Below are positions 28,321 through 37,303 of a stretch of DNA of 64,000 nt, piece by piece. This stretch comes from Candidatus Woesearchaeota archaeon. Its GTDB lineage: Archaea > Nanobdellota > Nanobdellia > Pacearchaeales > GW2011-AR1. Each line of letters begins with the position of its first letter. Position 1 is the first letter of the stretch. The DNA lies in NCBI GenBank assembly GCA_964493885.1, contig CAZBPV010000001.1:100703-164702 (forward strand), read 5' to 3'. The notes beneath the pieces were generated by a model. It did not search any database. It had not been told where the DNA came from and worked only from the letters and a program-made list of their open reading frames with translations. The position numbers and the translations under genes are program-made.

Positions 28321-28767
28321 TTAAATCCATCTCCTTACATCATCTTTGTATTTTGAATAATCTTTTTTAAATCTCTTTTCCATTATTTTTTCTTCAATTG
28401 GAACATACCATTTGTTTATTATTACCCAAAATAATAGAGGTATGCTGAAAGTTATTAATTTTCCAGATAAGACTGACATTCCAATAAGAATCAATAACAT
28501 TCCTAGATACATTGGGTTTCTGCTGAACTTATATACACCTATTTTAATGAATTTGTTTGGTTGCTTAAATGGGTTTTGGGTTGTTTTATTTTTTATAAAT
28601 AATAGCCATGCCCATGTGTTTAGTAAAACTCCAATTATAACAAACCCTATTCCTATTAAATTATAAGGATAGGTAATTATTCTAAAAAAAGGAAAAATAA
28701 AATGTAACAAAATAATAAAAAATATTCCAAAATAGAAAAAAGTTGGAGGTATAATTTCTCTTTTCAT
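28321..28767 (-). CDS. Isoprenylcysteine carboxyl / phospholipid methyltransferase-family membrane protein
   Basis: FSRNPMYLGMLLILIG motif with about 4 TM helices. Confidence 0.65.
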   Translation of the reverse strand: MKREIIPPTFFYFGIFFIILLHFIFPFFRIITYPYNLIGIGFVIIGVLLNTWAWLLFIKNKTTQNPFKQPNKFIKIGVYKFSRNPMYLGMLLILIGMSVLSGKLITFSIPLLFWVIINKWYVPIEEKIMEKRFKKDYSKYKDDVRRWI

Positions 28768-28774
28768 ATTATCT

Positions 28775-29056
28775 TTATGCTTTTAGTTCTTTTAACCTTT
28801 TCTCTATTTCCTTTCTATCTAAGTCAAGTTCCTTTAACTCTTGTTCAAGGATTTTCTTTTCATCTGCTTCGCTAAAAGCAACTTGCTGAACTGGTTGCCC
28901 AGCTAAAGCAAATCCTCTTCCGAATCCAAATCCTCTGCCGAGTCCTCTACCCCTGCCTCTGTTGAATCCTGTTCTGAATCCAGCTCCGCAAGGTCCAAGT
29001 CCTCTGCCTGTTAAAGGGCCTTGTCCTAAAGGTCCTGTTTGGTCCATTCCTGGCAT
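28775..29056 (-). CDS. DUF5320-family protein with a Gly-rich N-terminus and a coiled-coil C-terminus
   Basis: MPGMDQTGPLGQGPLTGRGLGPCGAG... followed by EKKILEQELKELDLDRKEIEKRLKELK. Confidence 0.65.
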   Translation of the reverse strand: MPGMDQTGPLGQGPLTGRGLGPCGAGFRTGFNRGRGRGLGRGFGFGRGFALAGQPVQQVAFSEADEKKILEQELKELDLDRKEIEKRLKELKA

Positions 29057-29070
29057 TTTATTTTCTCCTA

Positions 29071-29089
29071 GTCGTTTAGAATAAACGAC
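29071..29089. promoter_or_regulatory. Inverted repeat GTCGTTTA-GAA-TAAACGAC enclosing the TATA-like box of the DUF5320/DUF134 operon
   Basis: Perfect 8-bp arms. The minus-strand TTTATTCT begins 29 nt upstream of the ATG at 29056. Confidence 0.5.
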
Positions 29090-29101
29090 TTATGTTTAGT
29101 T

Positions 29102-29117
29102 ATGAATACGTATTCAT
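29102..29117. promoter_or_regulatory. Perfect 16-bp palindrome ATGAATACGTATTCAT (candidate operator)
   Basis: Read directly. It lies upstream of the operon promoter. Confidence 0.5.
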
Positions 29118-29140
29118 TAAACTATTTAAATGTTTCGTTT

Positions 29141-29154
29141 TGAATGAGTATTCA
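29141..29154. promoter_or_regulatory. Second copy of the operator-like 14-mer (TGAATGAGTATTCA versus TGAATACGTATTCA)
   Basis: Two mismatches. It starts 38 nt from the first copy. Confidence 0.4.
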
Positions 29155-29198
29155 TAATATTTATTAAAAACGATTAAATAAGAACTAAAAAGATTAAT

Positions 29199-29690
29199 TT
29201 ACCCTTCACTTGGCTCTTCTTCAACTTCTGCTTCCTCTTCTTCAGAATCTTCTTCTTCATCTTCTGATGTTAAATCTTCATCTTCCTCTTCACCTTCACT
29301 ATCATCATCTTCCCCCTCTTCTTCAATTAATTCTACCTTTTCCATAGCATTAAGTATTTTATCTAATTTAGCATTAAGTTGTTTAAATTGTTCTGAAGAT
29401 ATTCCTGATTGAGAACTTGAACCTCTTTCTTGTCTTGAACTGCTACCCCCACTTTGTCTGAAACAATCACTGCAAAGAACAGGTTTATCTCCACTTGGTT
29501 TAAATGGAACTTGACACTCTTTTTTACATTTATCACAAATAACATCATACATTTCAACTGGTCTTCTATCTCTATTTCTATTGAATCCTCCTCTGTCACT
29601 AAATCCACCTCTACTTCCTCCAAATCCGCTAGATCTGCTTCTAAAGCTATCTCTTCTTCCTCCTCTATCGTTTGATCTGAAGTTTCCCAT
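29199..29690 (-). CDS. RGG-rich CxxC-x17-CxxC zinc-ribbon protein with an acidic C-terminal tail
   Basis: CDKCKKECQVPFKPSGDKPVLCSDC has exactly 17 residues between the Cys pairs. It is a paralog of 63031..63222. Confidence 0.7.
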   Translation of the reverse strand: MGNFRSNDRGGRRDSFRSRSSGFGGSRGGFSDRGGFNRNRDRRPVEMYDVICDKCKKECQVPFKPSGDKPVLCSDCFRQSGGSSSRQERGSSSQSGISSEQFKQLNAKLDKILNAMEKVELIEEEGEDDDSEGEEEDEDLTSEDEEEDSEEEEAEVEEEPSEG

Positions 29691-29711
29691 GTGTATTTAT
29701 TTAAATTAACG

Positions 29712-29719
29712 TTTATAAA
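29712..29719 (-). promoter_or_regulatory. TATA box TTTATAAA, 29 nt upstream of the minus-strand ATG at 29690
   Basis: Read directly. Confidence 0.55.
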
Positions 29720-29953
29720 AGTATGTTATTGTGTTCCCACACTGAAAATCAGAAATTTTCGTAAGGTTCATTTTGCAAATCAAAACGCCCTCATTTGGAT
29801 TTATACGAATGAGTAGGGATTTTGAAAAAACACGCCCCGACCGAGCTTTATAGTAAAATGTTATCCTCAAGGGATTTCTTTATTTTTATTATAATTTGTG
29901 TAGATGTAAGGGATTTTTAAGGGTTATCGACTACCTATGCGTAGTCAATCAAT

Positions 29954-31375
29954 TTAAATTTTTGAAGCATGTTCTTCACAAACATCACAATCATTACAAT
30001 AAAAGTTATAACATTCGGGCAACTCTTTAAATTTGCTAGGATCTTTACTTTTAAAAATTCTAAGAATGTATTCCACTTTCTTTTTAATTTCATTAATATC
30101 TTTAAAAGAAACCTCTAAAACTCGGAATTTTTTTGTTAGGTTAGGCAAATATTCAAAAATATATCCTTTAGAGACATTATGTAATGCACAAATCAGACCT
30201 AATTCTGCCATCGGATAAGAGGGTTTGAATGCAAGATATCCTTCTTTTTTACTCAAACAGACAGAAACAACATAGGGCATAATCTTCCCATCAGGTTTTT
30301 GATGTGTCTTTAAGAAAATCCATTTATTATGATCCCTTATTTTTTTATTTATAATTGAGGGTTTTTGAGTTATATCTGTACCATTATTAACTCTTAAATT
30401 ATATGCTAACTTGTCAATATAGCCCTTAGATAAATTTTTCTCGATATCTATTTCATATTTATCTGACAATCCCCATTCTAATATATTTGTGTAAAAATAT
30501 TTCCTAGAATTCAGTAAATTATTAATGCTATACAAATTGTCCTCACCATTCCATTTATTTTTTGCATCTTGGAGTTTAGTATTAAATTCTAAATCTTCTT
30601 CAATGTTAACTAAATTGCCTATCTCTAACGCATTATTTTTATCTAGCCACTTACAAATTCCTTCCTTATAATAACCACATTCTTTTCCTAAGCAATAATT
30701 ACATTTAGGCAATTCGGATAAATCTAAATCTCCTTTTAGCACATTATCTAACAGGTTTATACGATTAAACATCAAATCTCTAATTTTATCCGGATCTTTT
30801 AGAGTTATTTTAAAAGATTTTAACTTTTGCTCTGAACCTTGAGATATAAACACCAAGTAATTAATAATGGGGTGTGTCGGATCTAAAGCAGAATAAAACA
30901 TTAATTGTTCGATATCATGAGGATATTTCTCAATTATTTCCTTAGGAGTTTCTGGGATTTTTTCCTTTGATTTGAAATCGACTATATTTTCATTTATCTT
31001 ACAGTCAATTTTTCCAGTAACTGGAATATCCAATAGGAATCCATCTAATTTGGATTCAGAAGAAACACAACCTTCAACGTTTTTGATCCATATTTCAGCG
31101 AATCCGTGTATTTTGTCTCCTTTTATGAATTTTTTTTGAATTTCAATATCTGTAGGGATTGTTGGAAACTTAGTTACTAAATATTTCTTAGTAGGATTAA
31201 CTAAATCTGTTACAAAATAATACCCTCTTGGAGAATTAATTTTTATCTTAAGTTCATTTTTATCCAAGTTAATTAGAAATCCTCTTAATGATTCACTTTC
31301 ACTTGTATCTGCTAAATTATTAACAAAAGTAATAAAATCTCCTACATCTAATTGTTCATTTTTAATATCTTCCAT
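29954..31375 (-). CDS. Cas4/RecB-like PD-(D/E)XK nuclease-domain protein with two Cys clusters
   Basis: GKIDCKINENIVDFKSKEK (D...D-x-K), then QLMFY (QxxxY), then CNYCLGKECGYYKEGIC. The C-terminus has CYNFYCNDCDVC. Confidence 0.45.
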   Translation of the reverse strand: MEDIKNEQLDVGDFITFVNNLADTSESESLRGFLINLDKNELKIKINSPRGYYFVTDLVNPTKKYLVTKFPTIPTDIEIQKKFIKGDKIHGFAEIWIKNVEGCVSSESKLDGFLLDIPVTGKIDCKINENIVDFKSKEKIPETPKEIIEKYPHDIEQLMFYSALDPTHPIINYLVFISQGSEQKLKSFKITLKDPDKIRDLMFNRINLLDNVLKGDLDLSELPKCNYCLGKECGYYKEGICKWLDKNNALEIGNLVNIEEDLEFNTKLQDAKNKWNGEDNLYSINNLLNSRKYFYTNILEWGLSDKYEIDIEKNLSKGYIDKLAYNLRVNNGTDITQKPSIINKKIRDHNKWIFLKTHQKPDGKIMPYVVSVCLSKKEGYLAFKPSYPMAELGLICALHNVSKGYIFEYLPNLTKKFRVLEVSFKDINEIKKKVEYILRIFKSKDPSKFKELPECYNFYCNDCDVCEEHASKI

Positions 31376-31414
31376 AAATTTACATAAAACTCTAAATTTA
31401 TAATATCTTCTATA

Positions 31415-31693
31415 TTATTCTTCCTTATACAAAAACATCAAAATAGGCATTAATTTCTTATCTCTCATAATCCCCTTCAGGGCTTCTACCATTTCTTCTT
31501 CATTTCTCCCAAAAATCATCTCATAAGAGAATTTAGATCTTTTCTCTTTTAATTGCTTAAATTCATTAAGAAATTCTGTCTTAAGTTTAATGGTATTCCA
31601 TGCTTGATTGCTCTCGCTATAATGGACTTTTCCCTCTACGCTAATTACTTTCCTTGGAGCAAGAGGCATTTTCTCTTTGGAAGTCATTTGCAT
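31415..31693 (-). CDS. Hypothetical small protein
   Basis: ORF only. Confidence 0.4.
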   Translation of the reverse strand: MQMTSKEKMPLAPRKVISVEGKVHYSESNQAWNTIKLKTEFLNEFKQLKEKRSKFSYEMIFGRNEEEMVEALKGIMRDKKLMPILMFLYKEE

Positions 31694-31782
31694 GGTAAAT
31701 CATCTTATCACCTCTTAACCTTAAGCTAATATTCTAAAGTTTCCATTTATGTTAAATGTATTGATTAGGTTTTTTTTACTAT

Positions 31783-32814
31783 ATGGGAAAAGTTTATAAA
31801 ATATCCCCATTCTGGGATTATATGACTAAATTAGATAAACCATCTTTATCATGGAAAGAAAAGAAAATTTTAAGAGAATTGGATTTGAATGCTAGACAGA
31901 GTGCTTCTTCTATCGGAAATAAGATTCACATGTCAAAACAAGTTGTAAAATATAACCTTGAAAATATGATTAAGAAAGGAGTAATCAAGGAGTTTATTAC
32001 CTATATTGATACGGAAAAATTAGGTTACACTTTTTATAATGTCTTCATTAAAATGAAATACACTTCTAATGAGGAAAGGAGAGGGATTACTAATAGACTT
32101 AAATCTATTCCGAATATTGTCTGGCTTGTATCATTAAGAGGAGAATGGCAGATGATTATCTCAACTCTTGCTAAAGACATTGCTGAATTTAGCCTCCTTC
32201 TTGAGGAAATATTGAATGTGCTTAAGGGAAAATTATTAGATTATAGCTTTTTTATTGTAATTAATGCTTCCCAGTTAGGGTATAAAAGTATTTACGCTAG
32301 CACCGGAAAAGGGTATAATTATCAAGCTAAGGTAGGACGTAAGGATATTGCAAATCTTTCAGAAAATGATCTTAAAGTTCTGAAACTTGTCTCAAATCAT
32401 GCTAGGTTATCTAATGTAGAAATTGCGAGAAAAACTAAAATGACTCTAGAAAAAGTGAGATATTCCTTAAAAAAACTAGAAAGAGATAAAGTAATACAAG
32501 GATTTAAGCCATTATTGGACATGTTCAAACTAGGTTATCTATGGCATCTTATGTTTTTAAGATTAAAATCATCTACTGAAAAACAAAAAGAAGAATTAAT
32601 TGATTATCTAAAGAGTCTTCCTCAGGTTTTTTATGTAATTAGAGGGGTGGGAAATTGTAATCTAACTATCGAGTTCCAAACTAAGAATTTAGATGAATTG
32701 GAGAAGATAAAGGATATCATTGCCACAAAGTTTAGTAATTTAATCGCAGATGAGAAGACAGTTCAGTTAATTGAGGAGCATAAATGCACTTATTTTCCCG
32801 GAAGTTTAATTTAA
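31783..32814 (+). CDS. Tandem-duplicated Lrp/AsnC-like winged-helix transcription regulator
   Basis: There are two HTH units: KILRELDLNARQSASSIGNKIHMSKQVVKYNLENMIKKGVI and LKVLKLVSNHARLSNVEIARKTKMTLEKVRYSLKKLERDKVI. Each is followed by an alpha/beta region. Confidence 0.6.
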   Translation: MGKVYKISPFWDYMTKLDKPSLSWKEKKILRELDLNARQSASSIGNKIHMSKQVVKYNLENMIKKGVIKEFITYIDTEKLGYTFYNVFIKMKYTSNEERRGITNRLKSIPNIVWLVSLRGEWQMIISTLAKDIAEFSLLLEEILNVLKGKLLDYSFFIVINASQLGYKSIYASTGKGYNYQAKVGRKDIANLSENDLKVLKLVSNHARLSNVEIARKTKMTLEKVRYSLKKLERDKVIQGFKPLLDMFKLGYLWHLMFLRLKSSTEKQKEELIDYLKSLPQVFYVIRGVGNCNLTIEFQTKNLDELEKIKDIIATKFSNLIADEKTVQLIEEHKCTYFPGSLI

Positions 32815-33155
32815 TCCACTATCCTATATTGGTCTGGAGTCCATTTAGGAGAATTCATAACTGCTAAAACCAATTTGCTTCCATCCACCCAATATCTTTC
32901 CCCTCTTTCAAAATGATAAGAATCTCCTTGATTAAGATTAAAATCGCCTCTGTCTGAATGAATACTCCCTGATCCAGATAGAGCATAATATATCTGTTCA
33001 CAACTGAGATTTGTAGCTCTCTTTTCTTGAGGGTATCTCCCATCAATTAATGCTGTTGCGAAACTTAGGCTTTCTGTAGGATGGTTGTGTTCCCACACAC
33101 TGCAAGTATTATCGGAGTTATCATACCTTTTTGCACCCTCTTTTTTAACTAGCAT
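32811..33155 (-). CDS. Cupin-domain protein
   Basis: YALSGSGSIHSDRGDFNLNQGDSYHFERGERYWV fits a cupin beta-barrel pattern. Confidence 0.5.
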   Translation of the reverse strand: MLVKKEGAKRYDNSDNTCSVWEHNHPTESLSFATALIDGRYPQEKRATNLSCEQIYYALSGSGSIHSDRGDFNLNQGDSYHFERGERYWVDGSKLVLAVMNSPKWTPDQYRIVD

Positions 33156-33257
33156 CTTAGGATGAATATAGAACTATTTTTAATCTTTTAGGCGATATAT
33201 TACTATTAATCCTTAATAATCAATAAAGTCTATAAACAATATCTTCCTCATTTTTTA

Positions 33258-34625
33258 ATGTCAAAAAATATGTGGATTTTAACTGAAGAAAGACCTAAAA
33301 AAGAAGTTTTAAAAAAAATTATAGAAAAATTTTGTTTAGATAGAGGAATTAAAGCTAATTTTTCCACTCTCAGAATAAACCCTCTTATGGATGGTAATAA
33401 GTTTACATTCACTTATGAATTGGAGGGCATTAGTTCAAAAGATATAAATAAATTCTATATAAAGACAGTAAGTGGAAATAGTAGTTTTGTAGATTTTCTT
33501 ATATTCTTTCAAGAAAAAGAACCAATTGAAGGTGAAGAGCCACTTTATGCCATTGAGGAAACAAAAACCGATGATAGTGAATCAAGAAATACTGGGGTTT
33601 ATCAAAGATGTTCTAAATTTGTCTATCTTAACTTTTATTATCCTAATTGTAAGAAGATAATGCTTTATAATTTGAGGGTTATTCAAAAAGATAAACCAAC
33701 ACAAACAAATATATTCGGGACAAGAATGTTATTAACTTTGGGGGTAGAGATATTGGGTAAAAGATTAGATCCAGAAGTTTTCAAAAGATTTGATAATCTT
33801 GAGGATTTAATTAGTTTCAAAGAAGCGATGAGAAAAGCTCCTAAAGGAAATACTCCTATATTCATAACTAAAGATACAAATAGCATTTCTGTATCTGGTA
33901 GGTTATTTAAGGCAGGAGGTTTGAGCCACGATCCTAATATGGGGGCATTATCCTTAATCTGTCAAACTATCCGAAAATTGGGTTGGGATAAAGAAATAAA
34001 AATCATATTACATGGATTATCTCAAAAGAATCTAACTGGAAGAAATAAATTTATTAAAATTGCAAATAAATTGAACATTAAATTAGATGGATTAAATTTA
34101 CCAACAAGTGATTTATCTGAAAAATATTGGCATTACGAAAGAAATTCAGAAAAAATAGGAACTATTTTTGTTCATTTGATTTTAGAAGAATTAAATGGAA
34201 TAAAATCAATATATGAAAATCATGCCGGTTGTGAAAGAGGATATTTATATTGCCCGAGTGGAATTTGTATAGCGATTCATAAGTACATTGAGAATAAAAA
34301 AGAAAATGGAGCAATACCCAAATTGCCTGATTTGATTATCCTTAATGAACCAGAAAGTAGATTATATGAATTTGAGGGAAAAACTTCTGTAAATGTTAAT
34401 GAAGGAATATCGGAGATAAACCTTTTTGGAATTATAGAAAAAGAATATTTAAAGAAATATTACCCCAAATATGCGGTTGAAAGGGGAGTAATTCTATTTG
34501 GAGGTAATGAAGATAGAATCAAGGAAAAAGAAGTAATTTTCTTGATGACTTCTAATGGAAAGATAGTGTTATCTAAAAATACCCCAAAAATTATCTTAGA
34601 CGCTTTGAATAATCTTAATTCTTAA
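33258..34625 (+). CDS. Candidate type II restriction endonuclease (PD-(D/E)XK motifs)
   Basis: SFVDFLIFF...PLYAIEETK (D...ExK) and PDLIILNE...LYEFEGK. The gene is convergent with the Dam-like MTase gene and overlaps it by 11 nt. Confidence 0.45.
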   Translation: MSKNMWILTEERPKKEVLKKIIEKFCLDRGIKANFSTLRINPLMDGNKFTFTYELEGISSKDINKFYIKTVSGNSSFVDFLIFFQEKEPIEGEEPLYAIEETKTDDSESRNTGVYQRCSKFVYLNFYYPNCKKIMLYNLRVIQKDKPTQTNIFGTRMLLTLGVEILGKRLDPEVFKRFDNLEDLISFKEAMRKAPKGNTPIFITKDTNSISVSGRLFKAGGLSHDPNMGALSLICQTIRKLGWDKEIKIILHGLSQKNLTGRNKFIKIANKLNIKLDGLNLPTSDLSEKYWHYERNSEKIGTIFVHLILEELNGIKSIYENHAGCERGYLYCPSGICIAIHKYIENKKENGAIPKLPDLIILNEPESRLYEFEGKTSVNVNEGISEINLFGIIEKEYLKKYYPKYAVERGVILFGGNEDRIKEKEVIFLMTSNGKIVLSKNTPKIILDALNNLNS

Positions 34626-35655
34626 CCTCTACCAAAAACAAAAGTTCTTTAAGATCTTCTTTAAGCCCGCTTCCATTAGAATTACTTTTGTACCTTCTAT
34701 ATTCTTTATGGTAGACTTTAACCTTCCCCTTCTCAGATAATATCCTCTTTATTTCCTCACATGGAATTATCCCTTCACTATTATAACTTAAAAGAATAAA
34801 TTTGCATTTTGCATTTTTTATCAAATCTTCAAAAACCCGTATGCATTTAGAGGAATAACAATAATTTGATTTTTGCTTTTCATAATATCTTAACCCTGTT
34901 TTATTATTTATTATCTCTTTATCCCAAACAGCAATCGTTTCTAATAAATGGTAATTTGTAGCATATTGCCTATTATTATAGGGAGGATCAATATAAAGAA
35001 TATCACAGGATATCTCTTTAATTAATTTATTAGAATCTTCTTTATGGCATTCATGTTTTAATTCACTTTCGATTAATGTTGGGATTTCTAATAACAATGG
35101 TTTAAATTTTCTTGGATCATCGATTTTCATAAATGCCCCATAAGTTCCAGCGATATTTGAGACGGAAGGAACAACCTCTAAAAGAGAACATAATAAGATA
35201 TAAAACTCCTCATCAGTTATCTTTTTACTATCTTTCCATTCTTGAAGTTTATCTCGGATAGCATCTATTTTTTTAGCATTTTCGGAGGAGAAATAATTTC
35301 TAGTATGTTCTTTATCTTCTGTCCCCTCTGGACAATAATTATTATAAATAAAACCTTTCTTTCCATTTAACTCATTAAGAAAAGAGATTACTTTGAAGAT
35401 ATCTGGATTCTTAATATCCTCCGATAACCCTTCAAAAGAAGGAACCTTATTATTACAAATATAAGCTCTTTCAAAAACATAGGAATAAGTCATAAAATCA
35501 TTTGAGATTATTCTAAAACCCTTTTTCTTAAAAAACTTAGAAACGCTTGTAGTTCCGGAAAAAATATCACAGAATATTCCCTTGGGAAGATTATTCTCAG
35601 TAACAACTGAATAAATAAATTCTAAGAGTTTTGATTTATTCCCAATATATCTCAT
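34615..35655 (-). CDS. D12-class (Dam-like) N6-adenine DNA methyltransferase
   Basis: MRYIGNKSKLL start, FCDIFSGTTSV (motif I) and YIDPPYNNRQY (motif IV). Confidence 0.85.
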   Translation of the reverse strand: MRYIGNKSKLLEFIYSVVTENNLPKGIFCDIFSGTTSVSKFFKKKGFRIISNDFMTYSYVFERAYICNNKVPSFEGLSEDIKNPDIFKVISFLNELNGKKGFIYNNYCPEGTEDKEHTRNYFSSENAKKIDAIRDKLQEWKDSKKITDEEFYILLCSLLEVVPSVSNIAGTYGAFMKIDDPRKFKPLLLEIPTLIESELKHECHKEDSNKLIKEISCDILYIDPPYNNRQYATNYHLLETIAVWDKEIINNKTGLRYYEKQKSNYCYSSKCIRVFEDLIKNAKCKFILLSYNSEGIIPCEEIKRILSEKGKVKVYHKEYRRYKSNSNGSGLKEDLKELLFLVEVKN

Positions 35656-36194
35656 TTTTCTTTTTTGAATATTTTAATCTTATCAAACAATTCCTGTATG
35701 CTCTTTAGTTCTTCATCATATAATACATAATTGTCTAAATATCCATTATTCTCTATTCGATTGATTATTAATAAATCTTTTTTGGAAAACCAGCCAAGCA
35801 ATACTCCCTCTTTCCTATCGGGATACAATCTTACAGAAATATAAATATCTTTAGGTTTCTTCCTAAATTGCTCTACCATCTCCAGAGTTCTTGTATGAAA
35901 CTCCTGTGTTCTAGTCTTAATATCTATTGTTGATTTGTCAGGTAAGATGAAATCATATGAATCGGGATCTTTATGACTTGTTTTATCTTCTTCAAAGTTA
36001 ATATTATTCTCTATCAGAAACATTTTGAATATTTTTTCACCAAGTTTTCCTTCGAACATCTTTCTCTGTTTAGCATCCAAACCTCCCTCATGAAAATCAT
36101 GTCGATTAGAAGTAAATTTTTTTGAAATAATGGCGTAAATCCACGCTTCTTTAATTAGTTCATCTGAAATTTTATATATTTTTCTTAGAATCAT
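35652..36194 (-). CDS. Small PD-(D/E)XK-like nuclease candidate, the R subunit between two MTase genes
   Basis: DPDSYDFILPDKSTIDIKTRT (D...D-x-K). Coding overlaps with both flanking MTase genes. Confidence 0.4.
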   Translation of the reverse strand: MILRKIYKISDELIKEAWIYAIISKKFTSNRHDFHEGGLDAKQRKMFEGKLGEKIFKMFLIENNINFEEDKTSHKDPDSYDFILPDKSTIDIKTRTQEFHTRTLEMVEQFRKKPKDIYISVRLYPDRKEGVLLGWFSKKDLLIINRIENNGYLDNYVLYDEELKSIQELFDKIKIFKKEK

Positions 36195-37161
36195 CTTCTT
36201 CTTTCCTAAATATCAGAATATATTGGTGAAGTTGATTAGCAACAAAAGAGAAAGGATATCCATAAGGATAGAGATTTAATGTTTTATCATACCAGATTTT
36301 ATATCCTTTAAATTGAAGTCCATCAATTTTTGAAAGACTTGAGACTATATCTGCATGTAAAAGGTTATGATGGTTCTTACTTGGTTGCATATCTTTACAA
36401 AATACTACAAGATAACCTCTATTCTTTAAAAATTTTAATGATTTTTTTATAATTATTTCAAACTCCCCAAAAAATTCTTCATAACCGATATTCCCTAAAT
36501 CTCTTTCGTCCTCTGTAAAGTTGCCTTTATCTTTTCTATCCCCCCCCGTTCTCTTTTTAGAAAGCATATTAGCATAGGGAGGATCTGTTAAGATTAAATC
36601 AAATTCATGAGAGATAACCTCCGGGATTTTATCAAGATTCCTCGCATCTTGTTTTATTGTGATCTGTTGTTTTAATCCTTCTTGATTAGCTACTTTTTTA
36701 TAAACTTCTAAATAATTTTGTTCTAAATCTATGCCGACAGCATGTCTTATGGGATCACATAAAGAAGCTCCTAATAATGTTCCTCCTACACCTACAAATG
36801 GGTCTAAAACCCATCCATCTGCTTTTGTAAAAAATCTAATTAGATCCCTCATTAGAGTAGGGGGTTTTGGAGATGGATGAATCTTCCTAAGTTTATGTCC
36901 TACCGAATCCTTTCCATTAGTAGTATAATGGGTAGGGATTATAGAATCCTGCAAGAATTTCCAAAGTTCAAGTTCATCTTCATTTGAGGCAAAATCTGTT
37001 TCCATAATAGAGTTTATAAAATGAGTCCATTCTTTACCAGTTAAATCATTTAATTTATTTCGAATATCATATGTTCCCCTTTGTCCCAAATCTCTTCCAT
37101 ATTTCTTAACTTTAGGAGCACCTTCAATTAATCTCTTTAATTCCTCTTTTATCATAAACAA
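36172..37161 (-). CDS. N6/N4 DNA methyltransferase (motif I before DPPY), containing a G8 homopolymer
   Basis: VLDPFVGVGGT (motif I) and LILTDPPYANM (motif IV). The C8/G8 run at 36540..36547 encodes TGGD. Confidence 0.8.
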   Translation of the reverse strand: MFMIKEELKRLIEGAPKVKKYGRDLGQRGTYDIRNKLNDLTGKEWTHFINSIMETDFASNEDELELWKFLQDSIIPTHYTTNGKDSVGHKLRKIHPSPKPPTLMRDLIRFFTKADGWVLDPFVGVGGTLLGASLCDPIRHAVGIDLEQNYLEVYKKVANQEGLKQQITIKQDARNLDKIPEVISHEFDLILTDPPYANMLSKKRTGGDRKDKGNFTEDERDLGNIGYEEFFGEFEIIIKKSLKFLKNRGYLVVFCKDMQPSKNHHNLLHADIVSSLSKIDGLQFKGYKIWYDKTLNLYPYGYPFSFVANQLHQYILIFRKEEDDSKKNI

Positions 37162-37303
37162 AAATAACCCCGAATATATATAAATCTTGTCTAATCAAAT
37201 TAGTCACTAACCAGTTTATGGTTCTATATGCCGAGTGACTCTTTAACCTTTTCCTAATACTTTAGCCTCGATAAAGAGATAAAATAGCATGAAAAAAGCC
37301 TGC

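Noticed and set aside
27930-29000. GRGLG/GPGG-encoding repetitive DNA in the DUF134 and DUF5320 genes as a tandem-repeat or CRISPR-like element
   Set aside because: The repeats are short, imperfect and in-frame. They are coding low-complexity Gly/Arg tracts.
29782-29845. tRNA-like GC-rich fragments as a second tRNA gene
   Set aside because: Only 9-14 nt match the tRNA-Asp 3' end and no cloverleaf can be drawn. I treat them as possible att remnants.
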